Shown one piece after another: positions 39,910 to 50,552 of a DNA stretch of 64,000 bases (position 1 is its first letter; every line of letters begins with the position of its first letter). The translations under genes were made by a program, and so were the position numbers. Location of the stretch: positions 1 through 64,000 of the forward strand of contig JBBTET010000007.1 of assembly GCA_038042195.1 (NCBI GenBank), read 5' to 3'. The notes below the pieces were generated by a model. That model was not told the DNA's origin and did no database searches. It saw only the letters and a program-made list of their open reading frames with translations. This DNA comes from Planctomycetota bacterium (GTDB lineage: Bacteria > Planctomycetota > Phycisphaerae > UBA1845 > UTPLA1).

Positions 39910-40881
39910 ATGAATGCCCGACACGTCTATGTCACCCGAATCATCCACGACGCCGGGATTGCCATGCTCACGCAGGCCGGTTTGGCTGTCAAAGTCGGCT
40001 CACTGAATCGGCCGCCCGATCATGACGAACTCGTTCGCCAAGCCGCCAAGCATGACGCCATCATCTGCCAGGTCGCGGATCGCATGGATGAGGCTGTGCT
40101 TCAATCCGCACACGGTCGATGCCGCATTGTGGCCGCATGCACCGCCGGCTTTGACAACATTGATGTCCGCGCCGCGAAGCGCCTTGGCATCCTCATCACC
40201 AATACGCCCGACGTCCTCACCGAAGCCACGGCCGATCTGACGTGGGCCTTGCTCCTGGCGACCGCCCGTCGAACGGGTGAGGCGGAGCGGCTGCTCCGCG
40301 CCGGAGCCTGGCGTGGCTGGAACATGCTGGAGTTTCTTGGGGCGGATGTGCATGGGCGGACACTGGGCATTGTCGGCGCAGGGCGGATTGGAACGGCCGT
40401 GGCCCGGCGCGCGACGGGGTTCGGCATGACGATTCTTTACGCCGGACGGTCGGACCACCCGGCCATGGCAGCACTCGGCGGGCGTCATGTGCCCTTGGTG
40501 GAACTAATGGAGTCGAGCGACTTTGTCTCACTGCACGTCCCCCTCACGTCCGAAACCCGCCACCTCATCGACGCCCGTGCGATCAGCCGCATGAAGCGCG
40601 ACGCCATTCTCATCAATACGGCGCGCGGCGACGTGGTCGATCAGGCGGCCTTGATCGAGGCCCTTCGCGCCGGTCAGATCGCCGGCGCGGGACTTGATGT
40701 GTATCAGAATGAGCCGCGAATCGCCCGTGACTTTTTCGACCTTCCCAACGTCGTCCTGCTGCCGCACATCGGGTCGGCCACGGAATCGACCCGGCGAAAA
40801 ATGGCTGAGACGGCGGCGGCCAATGTGATCGCCGTGCTTCGCGGTGAAAAGCCTTTGACGCCAGTGAATCTCGCGGGCTGA
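39910..40881 (+). CDS. D-isomer-specific 2-hydroxyacid dehydrogenase (glyoxylate/hydroxypyruvate reductase-like)
   Basis: GIVGAGRIGTAVARR NAD-binding motif. Catalytic Arg/Glu/His region (...LLPHIGSAT...). Confidence 0.75.
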   Translation: MNARHVYVTRIIHDAGIAMLTQAGLAVKVGSLNRPPDHDELVRQAAKHDAIICQVADRMDEAVLQSAHGRCRIVAACTAGFDNIDVRAAKRLGILITNTPDVLTEATADLTWALLLATARRTGEAERLLRAGAWRGWNMLEFLGADVHGRTLGIVGAGRIGTAVARRATGFGMTILYAGRSDHPAMAALGGRHVPLVELMESSDFVSLHVPLTSETRHLIDARAISRMKRDAILINTARGDVVDQAALIEALRAGQIAGAGLDVYQNEPRIARDFFDLPNVVLLPHIGSATESTRRKMAETAAANVIAVLRGEKPLTPVNLAG

Positions 40882-41012
40882 CTTCCGTCGAGCCACGCCT
40901 CGACTTGCTGTACCGACATTCGGGGGGGCCGTATCATAGGCAGGGGAACTCGGTGGGAACGTCCGGGGGCCTGCGAAGACGGCACGCATGGGCCGTTGCC
41001 TAAGAACAACCG

Positions 41013-42476
41013 ATGTTGCGATTTACAGTATTTGAAAATGGCGCACCCGCTCGAAGTCTGAGCCTCGACGGGGCGCATCTGCTCGGTGCCGATCATGTGC
41101 CCGTCCGATCTGAGATTCGCCTGGAGAAGGGCGAACTGGTTTGTGACGCCCGGTCGCGTGGAGCAGCCGCGTTGGCGCTGATGTGGTCCGTTGAGGGTGT
41201 GGGCCGCATCCTGCTGGAGACGCCGCGCGTCCTGGATCGCCCTGAGCCGTACCACCTGCACGTCGAACTGGCCCGCGGCCAACTGATGCGCATCAGCCAG
41301 AAGCGAGAAGACTGGGGCTTCTACGACCATCCGCAAGGCAAGTCCCTCTACGACGAGATCGACAAGGCCCGCGACCTGCTCGTCGAGGCATTGGCAGCCT
41401 CGGATGGCGCGACCGCCGCGAAGTTCGCCGACCAATCGCTCACCATCGGCGTCAAGATCGGTGAATCGCTCAGTACCTATCACGCCGATGTGAATCTGCC
41501 GGCGCGAAAAGAAAACGGCACGATGCCCGCCTTGCCACTGGGATGTCGCATCGATCCGACGCATTACACCGATGCAGCCATGCCGTGCATCTCAGAGGCA
41601 TTCCAATTCGTCGAACTGCCTTTCACCTGGGCCTCGTTGCAGCCGGCCGAGGGTAAGTATGAGACGGGACATCTCGAAAAGGCATTGCAGCATCTCAAGA
41701 CGCACAAGATGCCGATTCGTGGATGCTCACTGCTTTCGTTTGAACCGTGGGAGACGCCGGACTGGCTCGTGAAAGTCGCAAAGGATTACGACCGCCTGCG
41801 CGAGGCGATCATGAAACATTTGCGCACGGTCATCCGCTCCTTCGGCGGCCACGTGCAAAGCTGGGAGGTCTGCGTCGGCTTGCACGCCTACAACCCCTTC
41901 AAGCTCAGCTTTGAGCAACTGGTCGAGTTGACGCGGATGTCGGCCATTCTGTCTCGACAATCAGCGCCCAAGAGCGAGGTGATTTTGGGTCTGGTGCTGC
42001 CATGGGGCGAGTATTACGCCAACGATCCGCAGTCCATTCCGCCGACGCTTTATGCCGAGATGGCCCTGCAAAGCGGCGTCAACTTCGACGCCTTTAGTGT
42101 GCAACTGCAATTCGGCGGTCAGCACACGGCTCAATATGTCCGCGACCTTTTGCAGATTTCCTCGATCCTCGATCGCATTGGCTCGTATGGAAAACCGGTG
42201 CATGTGAGCTGCGCCGGCGTCCCTTCCGACGGCATGACGCCCATGAGCGGCTACTGGCATGACGAATGGAACGAGCAGGTGCAGAGCAATTGGCTGCGTG
42301 ACATCTATCGAATTGCGCTGTCCAAGTCGTTTGTCGAGTCCGTCTCGTGGCAGTCCTGGGCCGACGGCGTCGCGCCGTCGCCGTGGGGCGGGCTGCAAAA
42401 GAAGGATGGTTCACGGAAGAAATCGTATCAGGAGCTATTGTCGCTGCGTAGTGAATTGATGGGCGCGAGCGCGTAG
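41013..42476 (+). CDS. hypothetical protein (possible TIM-barrel glycosidase-like)
   Basis: No firm motif. Conserved-looking acidic residues (EPWETPDW, SWEVCVG). Family assignment not supported. Confidence 0.4.
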   Translation: MLRFTVFENGAPARSLSLDGAHLLGADHVPVRSEIRLEKGELVCDARSRGAAALALMWSVEGVGRILLETPRVLDRPEPYHLHVELARGQLMRISQKREDWGFYDHPQGKSLYDEIDKARDLLVEALAASDGATAAKFADQSLTIGVKIGESLSTYHADVNLPARKENGTMPALPLGCRIDPTHYTDAAMPCISEAFQFVELPFTWASLQPAEGKYETGHLEKALQHLKTHKMPIRGCSLLSFEPWETPDWLVKVAKDYDRLREAIMKHLRTVIRSFGGHVQSWEVCVGLHAYNPFKLSFEQLVELTRMSAILSRQSAPKSEVILGLVLPWGEYYANDPQSIPPTLYAEMALQSGVNFDAFSVQLQFGGQHTAQYVRDLLQISSILDRIGSYGKPVHVSCAGVPSDGMTPMSGYWHDEWNEQVQSNWLRDIYRIALSKSFVESVSWQSWADGVAPSPWGGLQKKDGSRKKSYQELLSLRSELMGASA

Positions 42477-42537
42477 CGCCGGCCCTGACGAACGAAGATC
42501 ATTTCCACCGGCAGCGCTGAAGTGCGCTGATCGTATC

Positions 42538-43848
42538 ATGGATTACCAAGCGTTAGGCAACACCAGCGTCGTCGGTCTGCAATGGGGCGACGAGGGCAAG
42601 GGCAAGATCGTCGATCTGCTCACGGAATATTTCGACGTTGCCGTGCGCTATGCCGGCGGGGCGAATGCGGGACACACGGTTCGGCATGAAGGCGAGAAGT
42701 TCGCCCTGCATCTGGTGCCCAGTGGAATATTGCGCCCGAATGTGCTGAGTGTCATCGGGCCTGGCGTGGCCCTTGATCTTGAGATTCTGCATGGCGAACT
42801 GGAGGCCCTGCACACGCGAGGTGTGAAGGTCGCCGACAATCTGGTCATCTCCAACCGCGCCCATCTCGTCATGCCCTGGCACAAGAAGCAGGACCGCCTC
42901 TCCGAGGGCAGCCTCGACGCCGACCGAAAGATCGGCACCACCGCCAAGGGCATCGGCCCCTGTTACGCCGACAAGATGCTGCGCAGCTCGGCCGTGCGCG
43001 TCGCGGATTTATCTCACACCGATGAGTTCCGTCGCAAGGTTCGCCACGTCGTCGAAGAACGTAACAAGGTCTTTGCCACACTGTATGGCGACAACGAACC
43101 GCTCGTTGCAGACTCCATCACGGACGCGGCCCTTGCCGTCGGTGCGAAGCTCGCACAGCACGTCACCGACACCACGCTCATCCTGCATGATGCAATCGCC
43201 GCCAGGAAACGCATCCTCTACGAAGGCGCGCAGGGCAGCCTCCTCGATATCACCCACGGAACCTTCCCCTTCGTCACCAGCAGCACCTGTACGGCGGCGG
43301 GCGTGGCGGCCGGCGCGGGCGTGCCGCCGAGTTCCATCCGAAGCTACCTCGGCGTCGTCAAGGCCTACAGCACGCGCGTCGGCGGCGGACCGTTCCCGAC
43401 GGAGCTGTCTGATTCAACCGGCAACCTCATCCGCGAGCGCGGCCACGAGTATGGCACGACGACCGGCCGCCCGCGGCGCTGCGGCTGGTTCGACGCCTTT
43501 GCGACGAAGTACAGCATTGATCTCTGCGGGATCACGCAATTGATCGTGATGCACCTCGATACACTGAGTAAGTTTCCGGAGTTGAAGATATGCACCGGCT
43601 ATCGATATCGCGGGGAGTTGTTGCGAATCTTCCCGCCCGACGCCCATGTGTTGGCAAATGTCGAGCCGGTCTTGGAGACGCTGCCAGGCTGGGATCGAGA
43701 GATCGAAGGCGCGACGAGCTACGCCGACCTTCCCGCCAATGCACGGGCCTATGTCGACCGGCTGGAGTCGTATTTCAAGCTGCCGATCACATTGGTCAGC
43801 GTCGGGGCCGAACGGCTGGCCACGTTGCATCGTACACCTGTCATCTAA
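42538..43848 (+). CDS. purA: adenylosuccinate synthetase
   Basis: GLQWGDEGKGKIVD P-loop and GIGPCYADK motifs. Confidence 0.9.
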   Translation: MDYQALGNTSVVGLQWGDEGKGKIVDLLTEYFDVAVRYAGGANAGHTVRHEGEKFALHLVPSGILRPNVLSVIGPGVALDLEILHGELEALHTRGVKVADNLVISNRAHLVMPWHKKQDRLSEGSLDADRKIGTTAKGIGPCYADKMLRSSAVRVADLSHTDEFRRKVRHVVEERNKVFATLYGDNEPLVADSITDAALAVGAKLAQHVTDTTLILHDAIAARKRILYEGAQGSLLDITHGTFPFVTSSTCTAAGVAAGAGVPPSSIRSYLGVVKAYSTRVGGGPFPTELSDSTGNLIRERGHEYGTTTGRPRRCGWFDAFATKYSIDLCGITQLIVMHLDTLSKFPELKICTGYRYRGELLRIFPPDAHVLANVEPVLETLPGWDREIEGATSYADLPANARAYVDRLESYFKLPITLVSVGAERLATLHRTPVI

Positions 43849-43878
43849 CCAAAGAGCCGCCGACCGACTTCGCATAGA

Positions 43879-44652
43879 ATGATCGACTGCGATACACCGA
43901 CCATGCCAACGCTTGAAAAGATTGACTCTCAGTCGGAACTTGGCGTCCCGCTCGACCGCCTCCCGCGCCACATCGCCATCATCATGGACGGCAACGGTCG
44001 CTGGGCACAGCGACAGGCCCTGCCCCGCGTGCGCGGCCACGAAGCCGGCGCGGCCAACGTCCGCGAGATCGTGACACATGCGGCCCGCCTCGGCATCGGC
44101 CAACTCACGCTCTACAGCTTTAGCACCGAGAATTGGAATCGCCCGCTTGACGAAATCACCCATCTGATGCGGCTGTACGTCGAGTACCTGATAAAGGAAC
44201 GCGCCGAGATCATGGACAACGACATCCGCCTCGTGCAGATCGGCCGGCGCGAGGGATTGCCCGACGAGGTCTTGCACGAGTTGGACGAGACAGCCCGCCT
44301 CTCCCACGACAACAAGGGGATGACGCTGTGCCTCGCGTTGAATTACAGCAGCCGCGTTGAGATCACCGACGCCGTGCGCGAGATCGCCCGCCGTGTCGCA
44401 ACGGGCGAGTTGTCACCGTCACAGATCGACGACCAGACCATCAGCAACGCCCTCTACACCGCAACCATGCCCGACCCCGATCTGCTCATCCGCACGGCCG
44501 GCGAGATGCGGGTCAGCAACTTTCTGCTCTGGCAGATCAGCTACGCGGAGTTGCATGTCACCGATGTGCTTTGGCCCGAGTATGGGCGAAACGACTTGAA
44601 CACCGCGATTAAGGATTACGCCAGGCGTGACCGGCGCTTTGGAGCACTGTGA
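43879..44652 (+). CDS. uppS: ditrans,polycis-undecaprenyl-diphosphate synthase
   Basis: HIAIIMDGNGRWA and FSTENWNRP motifs. Confidence 0.85.
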   Translation: MIDCDTPTMPTLEKIDSQSELGVPLDRLPRHIAIIMDGNGRWAQRQALPRVRGHEAGAANVREIVTHAARLGIGQLTLYSFSTENWNRPLDEITHLMRLYVEYLIKERAEIMDNDIRLVQIGRREGLPDEVLHELDETARLSHDNKGMTLCLALNYSSRVEITDAVREIARRVATGELSPSQIDDQTISNALYTATMPDPDLLIRTAGEMRVSNFLLWQISYAELHVTDVLWPEYGRNDLNTAIKDYARRDRRFGAL

Positions 44653-46310
44653 GCCATGCCACGGAGTCTTCGCTCGCCATGACGATCCCTCCCATACCAG
44701 CAGAAGTGCCCCAATTGCTCTCCGAAGCGCCAAGGAAGAGACTTCGATGGTTTTCCGTGGCGATGATTGTACTCTTCCACGCTGGATTGGCGATCTTGTT
44801 TCTGACGGATCGCAGCCCCGGAACCGACGCCGCACTCACCGGTCTACCGCTCGACGATGCATGGATACATCTCGTATACGGTCGCTCTGTTTCAGAGCAG
44901 TTTCTTCCATGCTACAACGACGGTGTTCCCGAGGCGGGATTCACTAGCCCTCTATGGATGTTGAACTGTGCTGTCGTTCATTGGGCCGCGAAGGCCTTTC
45001 CCATCTCCGTCGTCATGTGTGTCAAGGTCATCGGCATCCTGTGGGCCATCTTGATGAGCCTGGGCGCCTTCGATCTCGTCTTCACATTTACGCGCTGCCA
45101 ATGGACCGCACTTTTGGCCGGCCTGTTGACGGCCTCCACGCCGCCACTTGTCTTTTCACAAATATCCGGCATGGAAATTTGTGCTGCGGCCGCGTGTGGA
45201 CTCATGGCACTGGCAGCCATGGGACGCGATCGCGCGACCCTATCGGGATGGCTGTTCGCGGCGGCGATCTGGGCCAGGCCTGAGATGTTCATTCTCGTTT
45301 TCTTGGGAATTGTCTTTCAAGTCATTGCATGGCGAGGGCGGGTGCTCCATAAGAAGCTGCATCTCATCAAGCTGCTGTATCCTACGTTGATTGCCTGCGT
45401 TGTTTGGGTGTTGTATTGCCAGGTCGTCACCGGTCGGCCACTGCCCAATACGTTTTACGCGAAGTTCACCTCTGATTTCCCAGCGGGGTTCCTGGTCATC
45501 GTCAAAGAAATGATCTGGCCCCTCCCTATGACGTATCAAGGCGCAGGGATTCTACTGGGGGTAATCGGAATCATTGCGATAATGCGGACCTCGGGGGCCG
45601 TGGGTTGGACCGTGGCGACCTTTCCTTGGCTCTTCTTCGTCGGATTGGCCTGCACGCGGCCGTTCCCGTCGGGCTGTGGCCCGTTTTTTTATTGGGTGCG
45701 CTATGTCGCGCCTGGAGTAGCATTTCTGGCTATTCCGATCGCGATTGGGGTGCGAACCATATGGTCCGCGAAGTGGACGCCGATTTCGGGAAGAACTCGG
45801 AATGCGTCAATCAGAAAATGGATCATGCCAGTCGTGTCCCTCCTGTTATTGACTGCCACGTTGCTACAGCACCCGCGGAGAATCATGACTGATCGCAGTC
45901 AATTCGCCTGGAACTGCCAAAACATGAATGAGGTGCAGGTGGAATTGGGACGATGGCTTGCGGACAACACGTCTCCGGGAACCGTGGTCGCGGTGAATGA
46001 TGCCGGTGCCCTGCGGTATTTTTCCAACCGGCGAATTATTGATCTACTGGGATTGAACAACCATCACATCGTGTCGGATATTGCTGCTGTTCGACGTGGT
46101 GCTCAATCTCCAGAGAACATGAAGGCCTTGCTTCAGGCGCACCGTGCAACTTGCATGGTCGTTTTTCCATCGTTTTTTCCACAGGTTTTCAAAAATCGCG
46201 AGTTGTTCAGGTCCAGTTTCACCGTCGTCAAAGTCGCCCGAAGTTCGAATTATACCGTGGCAGCGAAAGGCTCCGGGCAGGCCACGATGGTCGTCGCGAC
46301 GCTCAATTAG
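44649..46310 (+). CDS. polytopic membrane protein, probable GT-C glycosyltransferase (ArnT/PMT-like)
   Basis: More than 10 predicted TM helices. DD motif in the first periplasmic loop (LPLDDAWIHLVYG). 4-bp overlap with uppS suggests a lipid-linked glycosyl transfer role. Confidence 0.5.
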   Translation: MSHATESSLAMTIPPIPAEVPQLLSEAPRKRLRWFSVAMIVLFHAGLAILFLTDRSPGTDAALTGLPLDDAWIHLVYGRSVSEQFLPCYNDGVPEAGFTSPLWMLNCAVVHWAAKAFPISVVMCVKVIGILWAILMSLGAFDLVFTFTRCQWTALLAGLLTASTPPLVFSQISGMEICAAAACGLMALAAMGRDRATLSGWLFAAAIWARPEMFILVFLGIVFQVIAWRGRVLHKKLHLIKLLYPTLIACVVWVLYCQVVTGRPLPNTFYAKFTSDFPAGFLVIVKEMIWPLPMTYQGAGILLGVIGIIAIMRTSGAVGWTVATFPWLFFVGLACTRPFPSGCGPFFYWVRYVAPGVAFLAIPIAIGVRTIWSAKWTPISGRTRNASIRKWIMPVVSLLLLTATLLQHPRRIMTDRSQFAWNCQNMNEVQVELGRWLADNTSPGTVVAVNDAGALRYFSNRRIIDLLGLNNHHIVSDIAAVRRGAQSPENMKALLQAHRATCMVVFPSFFPQVFKNRELFRSSFTVVKVARSSNYTVAAKGSGQATMVVATLN

Positions 46311-46311
46311 A

Positions 46312-47601
46312 ATGGAAGTTGTTGCTCCTTCTTTGCTTCCATGCCTTGGCCCTCTGAGCTATCCTAGTCGCGTGGCTCATTCATCGATCGACCATCAAGT
46401 TGCTCACCTTCGAAGAGGCTGCGAGGCCATCTACAGCGAGAAAGACCTACGCAGTCGCCTCGAATACTGCATCAAAGTCGGCCGACCCATGCGCGTCAAG
46501 CTCGGCATGGACCCGACGGCCCCTGACATACATCTTGGACACACTGTTGTCCTCGGAAAGATGCGCCAGTTTCAAGACCTCGGCCACAAGGGCGTCCTCA
46601 TCATTGGCGATTACACCGCTCGCATCGGCGACCCCACCGGCAAGACCAAGGCCCGGCCGATTCTTGATGAAGCGTCGATCAAGAAGAACGCCGAGACCTA
46701 TTTCCAACAGGCCGGCAAGGTGCTGGACACGTCGCCGGACAAGTTGGAGATCCGCTACAACAGTGAGTGGCTCGCCCAGCTCACCTTCGCCGACGTGTTA
46801 AAGCTCACCAGCCACATGACGGTCCAGCAGATGCTTCAACGCGAGAACTTCAAGCTGCGCATGAAAGACGAGACGCCCATCGTCGTTACGGAGTTCATGT
46901 ACCCGCTGATGCAGGCGTACGACTCCGTGGTGATCGACGCTGACGTGGAGTTGGGCGGAACGGATCAGACGTTCAACAATCTCGCCGGCCGCGACCTCAT
47001 GGAAAAACACGGCAAGCCGCCGCAGATTGTCGTCATCATGCCCATCCTGCGCGGGCTGGACGGCGTCGAGAAAATGAGCAAGAGCCTCGGCAACTACGTC
47101 GGCATCACCGACACGACCAAGGACATGTTCGGCAAGACCATGAGCATTGCCGACGCCATGATGGCCGAGTGGTACACGCTGCTGACGAGTGGCCCGACAG
47201 AGGAGATCGCCACGATCTGTGACCCGGCCAAGTCCCACCCCCGCGACGCGAAGATGCGGCTCGCGAAGATGATCGTCACGCACTACTACGACGCAACCGC
47301 CGCCGACCGTGAGGAGCAGCTTTGGCAAAAGGTCATGGTCGAAGGCGGCCTGCGCGACGACATCCCTACGGTCGCCCTGTCGCGCGCCGTGTGCGACCCC
47401 GACGGCACCATATCGCTGTCGAAACTGTTAAAGGTGCTGAACCTGGCCCCCTCAACCAGCGAAGGCCGGCGCCTTATCGAAGGCGGCGGCGTATCGATCA
47501 ACCAGCAGAGGGCGACCGACCCGCAGGTGAAGCTAACGCCTTCGGACGACATGCTCATTCAGGTCGGCAAGCGCAAGGCGGCAAAGATAAGCATTCAGTA
47601 G
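46312..47601 (+). CDS. tyrS: tyrosine--tRNA ligase
   Basis: GMDPTAPDIHLGH (HIGH), KMSKS (LDGVEKMSKSLGN), C-terminal S4-like domain. Start uncertain (ATG 46312 without RBS; GTG 46366 possible). Confidence 0.85.
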   Translation: MEVVAPSLLPCLGPLSYPSRVAHSSIDHQVAHLRRGCEAIYSEKDLRSRLEYCIKVGRPMRVKLGMDPTAPDIHLGHTVVLGKMRQFQDLGHKGVLIIGDYTARIGDPTGKTKARPILDEASIKKNAETYFQQAGKVLDTSPDKLEIRYNSEWLAQLTFADVLKLTSHMTVQQMLQRENFKLRMKDETPIVVTEFMYPLMQAYDSVVIDADVELGGTDQTFNNLAGRDLMEKHGKPPQIVVIMPILRGLDGVEKMSKSLGNYVGITDTTKDMFGKTMSIADAMMAEWYTLLTSGPTEEIATICDPAKSHPRDAKMRLAKMIVTHYYDATAADREEQLWQKVMVEGGLRDDIPTVALSRAVCDPDGTISLSKLLKVLNLAPSTSEGRRLIEGGGVSINQQRATDPQVKLTPSDDMLIQVGKRKAAKISIQ

Positions 47602-47633
47602 TTGTCGTCAGACTTGCGACCAAGAGGCCGTTC

Positions 47634-48821
47634 ATGAAACAGATTGATGAACTGATCACTGAGTATTCGCCCTCCATCGTCGCCCTGCGCCACGACATCC
47701 ACGCCCATCCCGAACTCGGATTCGAGGAACACGAAACCGCTCGGCGAGTCCTCGACCAGATCAAGGCCTTGCCGAATCTCACCATCCGCACCGGCGTCGC
47801 CAAAACCGGCGTGGTCGCCACGCTGAATAGCGACAAGCCCGGCCGTTGCATTGCCCTCCGCGCTGAACTCGACTGCCTCCCCATCACGGAAGAGACAGGC
47901 TTGGCTTATGCCTCCACGCACCCCGGCCGGATGCATGCATGTGGGCACGATGGGCACACGAGTTGCCTTGTCGGCGCGGCCAAGGTGTTGTCGCACATGG
48001 CGAGCGACCTGCCCGGCAAGGTGAAGTTCATCTGGCAGCCCGCCGAGGAAGGCGGTGGCGGCGGGAAGGTCATGTGCGATGAGGGCGTGCTGGAGAATCC
48101 GAAGGTCGACGCCATCTTCGCCCTGCATGGCTGGCCCTATCTCGACCTCGGCACCGTCGGCATCAAGGCCGGGCCGGCGATGGCCTCGACGAATCCCTGG
48201 TCGATGACGATTCACGGCACCGGTGCCCACGCGGCCTATCCACACAAGGGCGTCGATCCCATCGTCGTCGCCGCACACGTCATCACCGCCTTGCAGACCA
48301 TTGCCTCGCGCTTCACCGATCCGCTCGACTCCGTCGTGGTCACGATCGGCAGGATCGCCGCAGGCACGGCTGCGAACATCATCCCCGACACCGCCGAACT
48401 GGTCGGCACCATTCGCACGCTGAGTCCGACAACGCGCAAGCGGGCCGTGGAGTTGTTCGATCAGATTGCCAAGCAGACCGCATCCGCCTTCGGGGCGCGG
48501 GCCGACGTGCGAGTCACGGAGGGCTATCCCGTCTGTGTGAACGATGCATCGATGGCTCGCTTCGTGGAGGAGGTCGCGCGAGACGTTCTCGGTGCCGACA
48601 AGGTCGCGGAGAACGTGAACGCTTCGATGGGCGGCGAGGACTTTGCCTACTACGCCCAGAAAGTCCCTGCTGCCTTCTGGCGTCTCGGCGTGCGGCGCGG
48701 CGACCCGGCGAAGCAGCCCACGCTGCACCAGAGCACCTACGATTTCGCCGATGAGGCGATCCCCATCGCCATTCGCATGCACTGCGAGATCGCGCGGCGG
48801 TTTCTCACGGCTCGTTCTTGA
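47634..48821 (+). CDS. M20D family amidohydrolase (hippurate hydrolase/N-acyl-amino-acid amidohydrolase-like)
   Basis: RHDIHAHPELGFEE...ACGHDGHT metal-binding motifs. RBS AAGAGG. Start moved to 47634 inside track ORF 47322..48821. Confidence 0.75.
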   Translation: MKQIDELITEYSPSIVALRHDIHAHPELGFEEHETARRVLDQIKALPNLTIRTGVAKTGVVATLNSDKPGRCIALRAELDCLPITEETGLAYASTHPGRMHACGHDGHTSCLVGAAKVLSHMASDLPGKVKFIWQPAEEGGGGGKVMCDEGVLENPKVDAIFALHGWPYLDLGTVGIKAGPAMASTNPWSMTIHGTGAHAAYPHKGVDPIVVAAHVITALQTIASRFTDPLDSVVVTIGRIAAGTAANIIPDTAELVGTIRTLSPTTRKRAVELFDQIAKQTASAFGARADVRVTEGYPVCVNDASMARFVEEVARDVLGADKVAENVNASMGGEDFAYYAQKVPAAFWRLGVRRGDPAKQPTLHQSTYDFADEAIPIAIRMHCEIARRFLTARS

Positions 48822-48872
48822 CCCTCACACCACCCTCCCGTAAGAACGCCATCACGAGGAGAGGGTGTCATC

Positions 48873-49214
48873 ATGAGTATGGATCCAAACTGGGAAGTGT
48901 CGGTGCAGGACGTGGACGCCATGCGAAAACGCGGCGAGGCCTTTCTGCTACTCGACGTGCGACAGCCGGAGGAGTTTGCCATTTGTAAGATTGACGGGGC
49001 ACACCTGATTCCGCTTGGGGAGTTGGAGGGGCGAGCCGATGACGTGCGTGGATTGGCGAAGGGGCTGCCGATCGTGGCGCAGTGCCATCACGGCGGTCGC
49101 AGCCTCAGCGCGGCGGCGATTCTGCGCAGGGCCGGAGTGGCCGATGTGAAGAGCATGGCGGGTGGGATCGATCAGTGGTCGTTGCAGGTGGATACGAGCG
49201 TGCCACGTTATTGA
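48873..49214 (+). CDS. single-domain rhodanese (sulfurtransferase)
   Basis: Active-site loop CHHGGRS. RBS GAGGAGAGGG. Confidence 0.75.
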   Translation: MSMDPNWEVSVQDVDAMRKRGEAFLLLDVRQPEEFAICKIDGAHLIPLGELEGRADDVRGLAKGLPIVAQCHHGGRSLSAAAILRRAGVADVKSMAGGIDQWSLQVDTSVPRY

Positions 49215-49226
49215 CACATCGCTGGT

Positions 49227-50552
49227 TCAAACGGTCGCCTTCTCGCCGTTGGGCAGGCCGACCTGAACAAACTTTTCGCTAACGTTCCAGCCTTCTTCGG
49301 AGCGGCGCTTGGCCACCGGGCGGCCATGTTCGTCCATTTCGTATCGCTCTTCCCACGTCACATTCCACGACATGCCCTGCGTGGTTCGATCGGTCGTTTT
49401 GTAAATCGCCGGGCAACCGTAACAGAAGTGGTCTTTCAGTCGCGGCTCGGAGTTGATCACCTCCGGGTTGTTCACCATTCGCCGGGCATCACGGTATTTT
49501 TCACTGTTCCAGATTTCGGCGAGGCTGGTTTCAAAGACGTTTCCGAAGTGCTTCGGATCGTCTTTCGCGGTGTATTGATGTCCGATGCGATAGGTACAGC
49601 AGGGGATGACGTCGCCGTTGTATTTGATGACCGTCGCATTGTGCGGCCAATAGCATTGCGGGAGGCCCTTGTTTTTGTGGGGGCCGATGACTTCGAGGAA
49701 GTTGGGATCGCGGTCGGTGTAGTTGCCGAGGTCGCCGAAGAAATCGGTGAACTGGTCGATGCCCATGTCGAGCAGCATCTTGCGGGCCGGCTCCACCTCG
49801 TCGAGGTTGTGCTGGAACTTGATGTACTGCACTTCGACCTTGGGATAAACCTGTCCGTATTCCTTGCGGAACTCGCAGATGCGTTTGAGATTGTTCAGGA
49901 CGCGGTCGATTCGCCCGCCGACGCGCGTCATTTCGTACTTCGCCTGTGACAGGCCATCGACGCACACCGTCAGATGCGTCAGGCCGCTCTTGACCATACG
50001 GCGGATGCGGGCGTCGGTGAGGGCGAAGCTGAAGTTGGTGCTGATGTGGACATTGAGGCCCGCGTCCTTGGCGATGGTGGACATCTCGTCGAGGTCGGGG
50101 TGGACAAGAGGATCACCGACATAATACAGCGACACGGCGGATGATCGCCCCCGAATCTGCTTGACGATTCCACGAAATTGCTCGACCGACATTCGATGTT
50201 GCGGGTGGAACTCCTGCTTTTCCAAAGCCGGGTCTCCATTTGGATCGGCGTGGACGCAGACGGTGCAACTGAGATTGCACATGGGGGAAATGTCGATCTT
50301 CACGGCGGAGGGGAAGGCGAGCATTTTCTCCGCCTTGAGGGCGTATTGCGTGGCCCCGACAGCGAGGTTGATGCCGCGGCGAAACGTCATGCGTTCCAAA
50401 AACCAGCCTTGGCGACGTTTGACACCCTGCACCAACATACGAAAGGATTCGCCGCTGGAAGCGAACGCGTCGAGATAGAATCGAGGGTCCAGGAAGCGCA
50501 ACGGGCTGGGCCGTGCGGCTCCCGTCGTGGACGAGGTGTTTTCAGCGATCAT
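49227..50552 (-). CDS. radical SAM protein with C-terminal Cys-rich (SPASM-like) region
   Basis: CNLSCTVCVH (CX3CX2C). C-terminal CCTYR...CYGCP cysteines. RBS GGGAAG 5 nt upstream of ATG 50552. Track ORF extends to 50642. Confidence 0.65.
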   Translation of the reverse strand: MIAENTSSTTGAARPSPLRFLDPRFYLDAFASSGESFRMLVQGVKRRQGWFLERMTFRRGINLAVGATQYALKAEKMLAFPSAVKIDISPMCNLSCTVCVHADPNGDPALEKQEFHPQHRMSVEQFRGIVKQIRGRSSAVSLYYVGDPLVHPDLDEMSTIAKDAGLNVHISTNFSFALTDARIRRMVKSGLTHLTVCVDGLSQAKYEMTRVGGRIDRVLNNLKRICEFRKEYGQVYPKVEVQYIKFQHNLDEVEPARKMLLDMGIDQFTDFFGDLGNYTDRDPNFLEVIGPHKNKGLPQCYWPHNATVIKYNGDVIPCCTYRIGHQYTAKDDPKHFGNVFETSLAEIWNSEKYRDARRMVNNPEVINSEPRLKDHFCYGCPAIYKTTDRTTQGMSWNVTWEERYEMDEHGRPVAKRRSEEGWNVSEKFVQVGLPNGEKATV

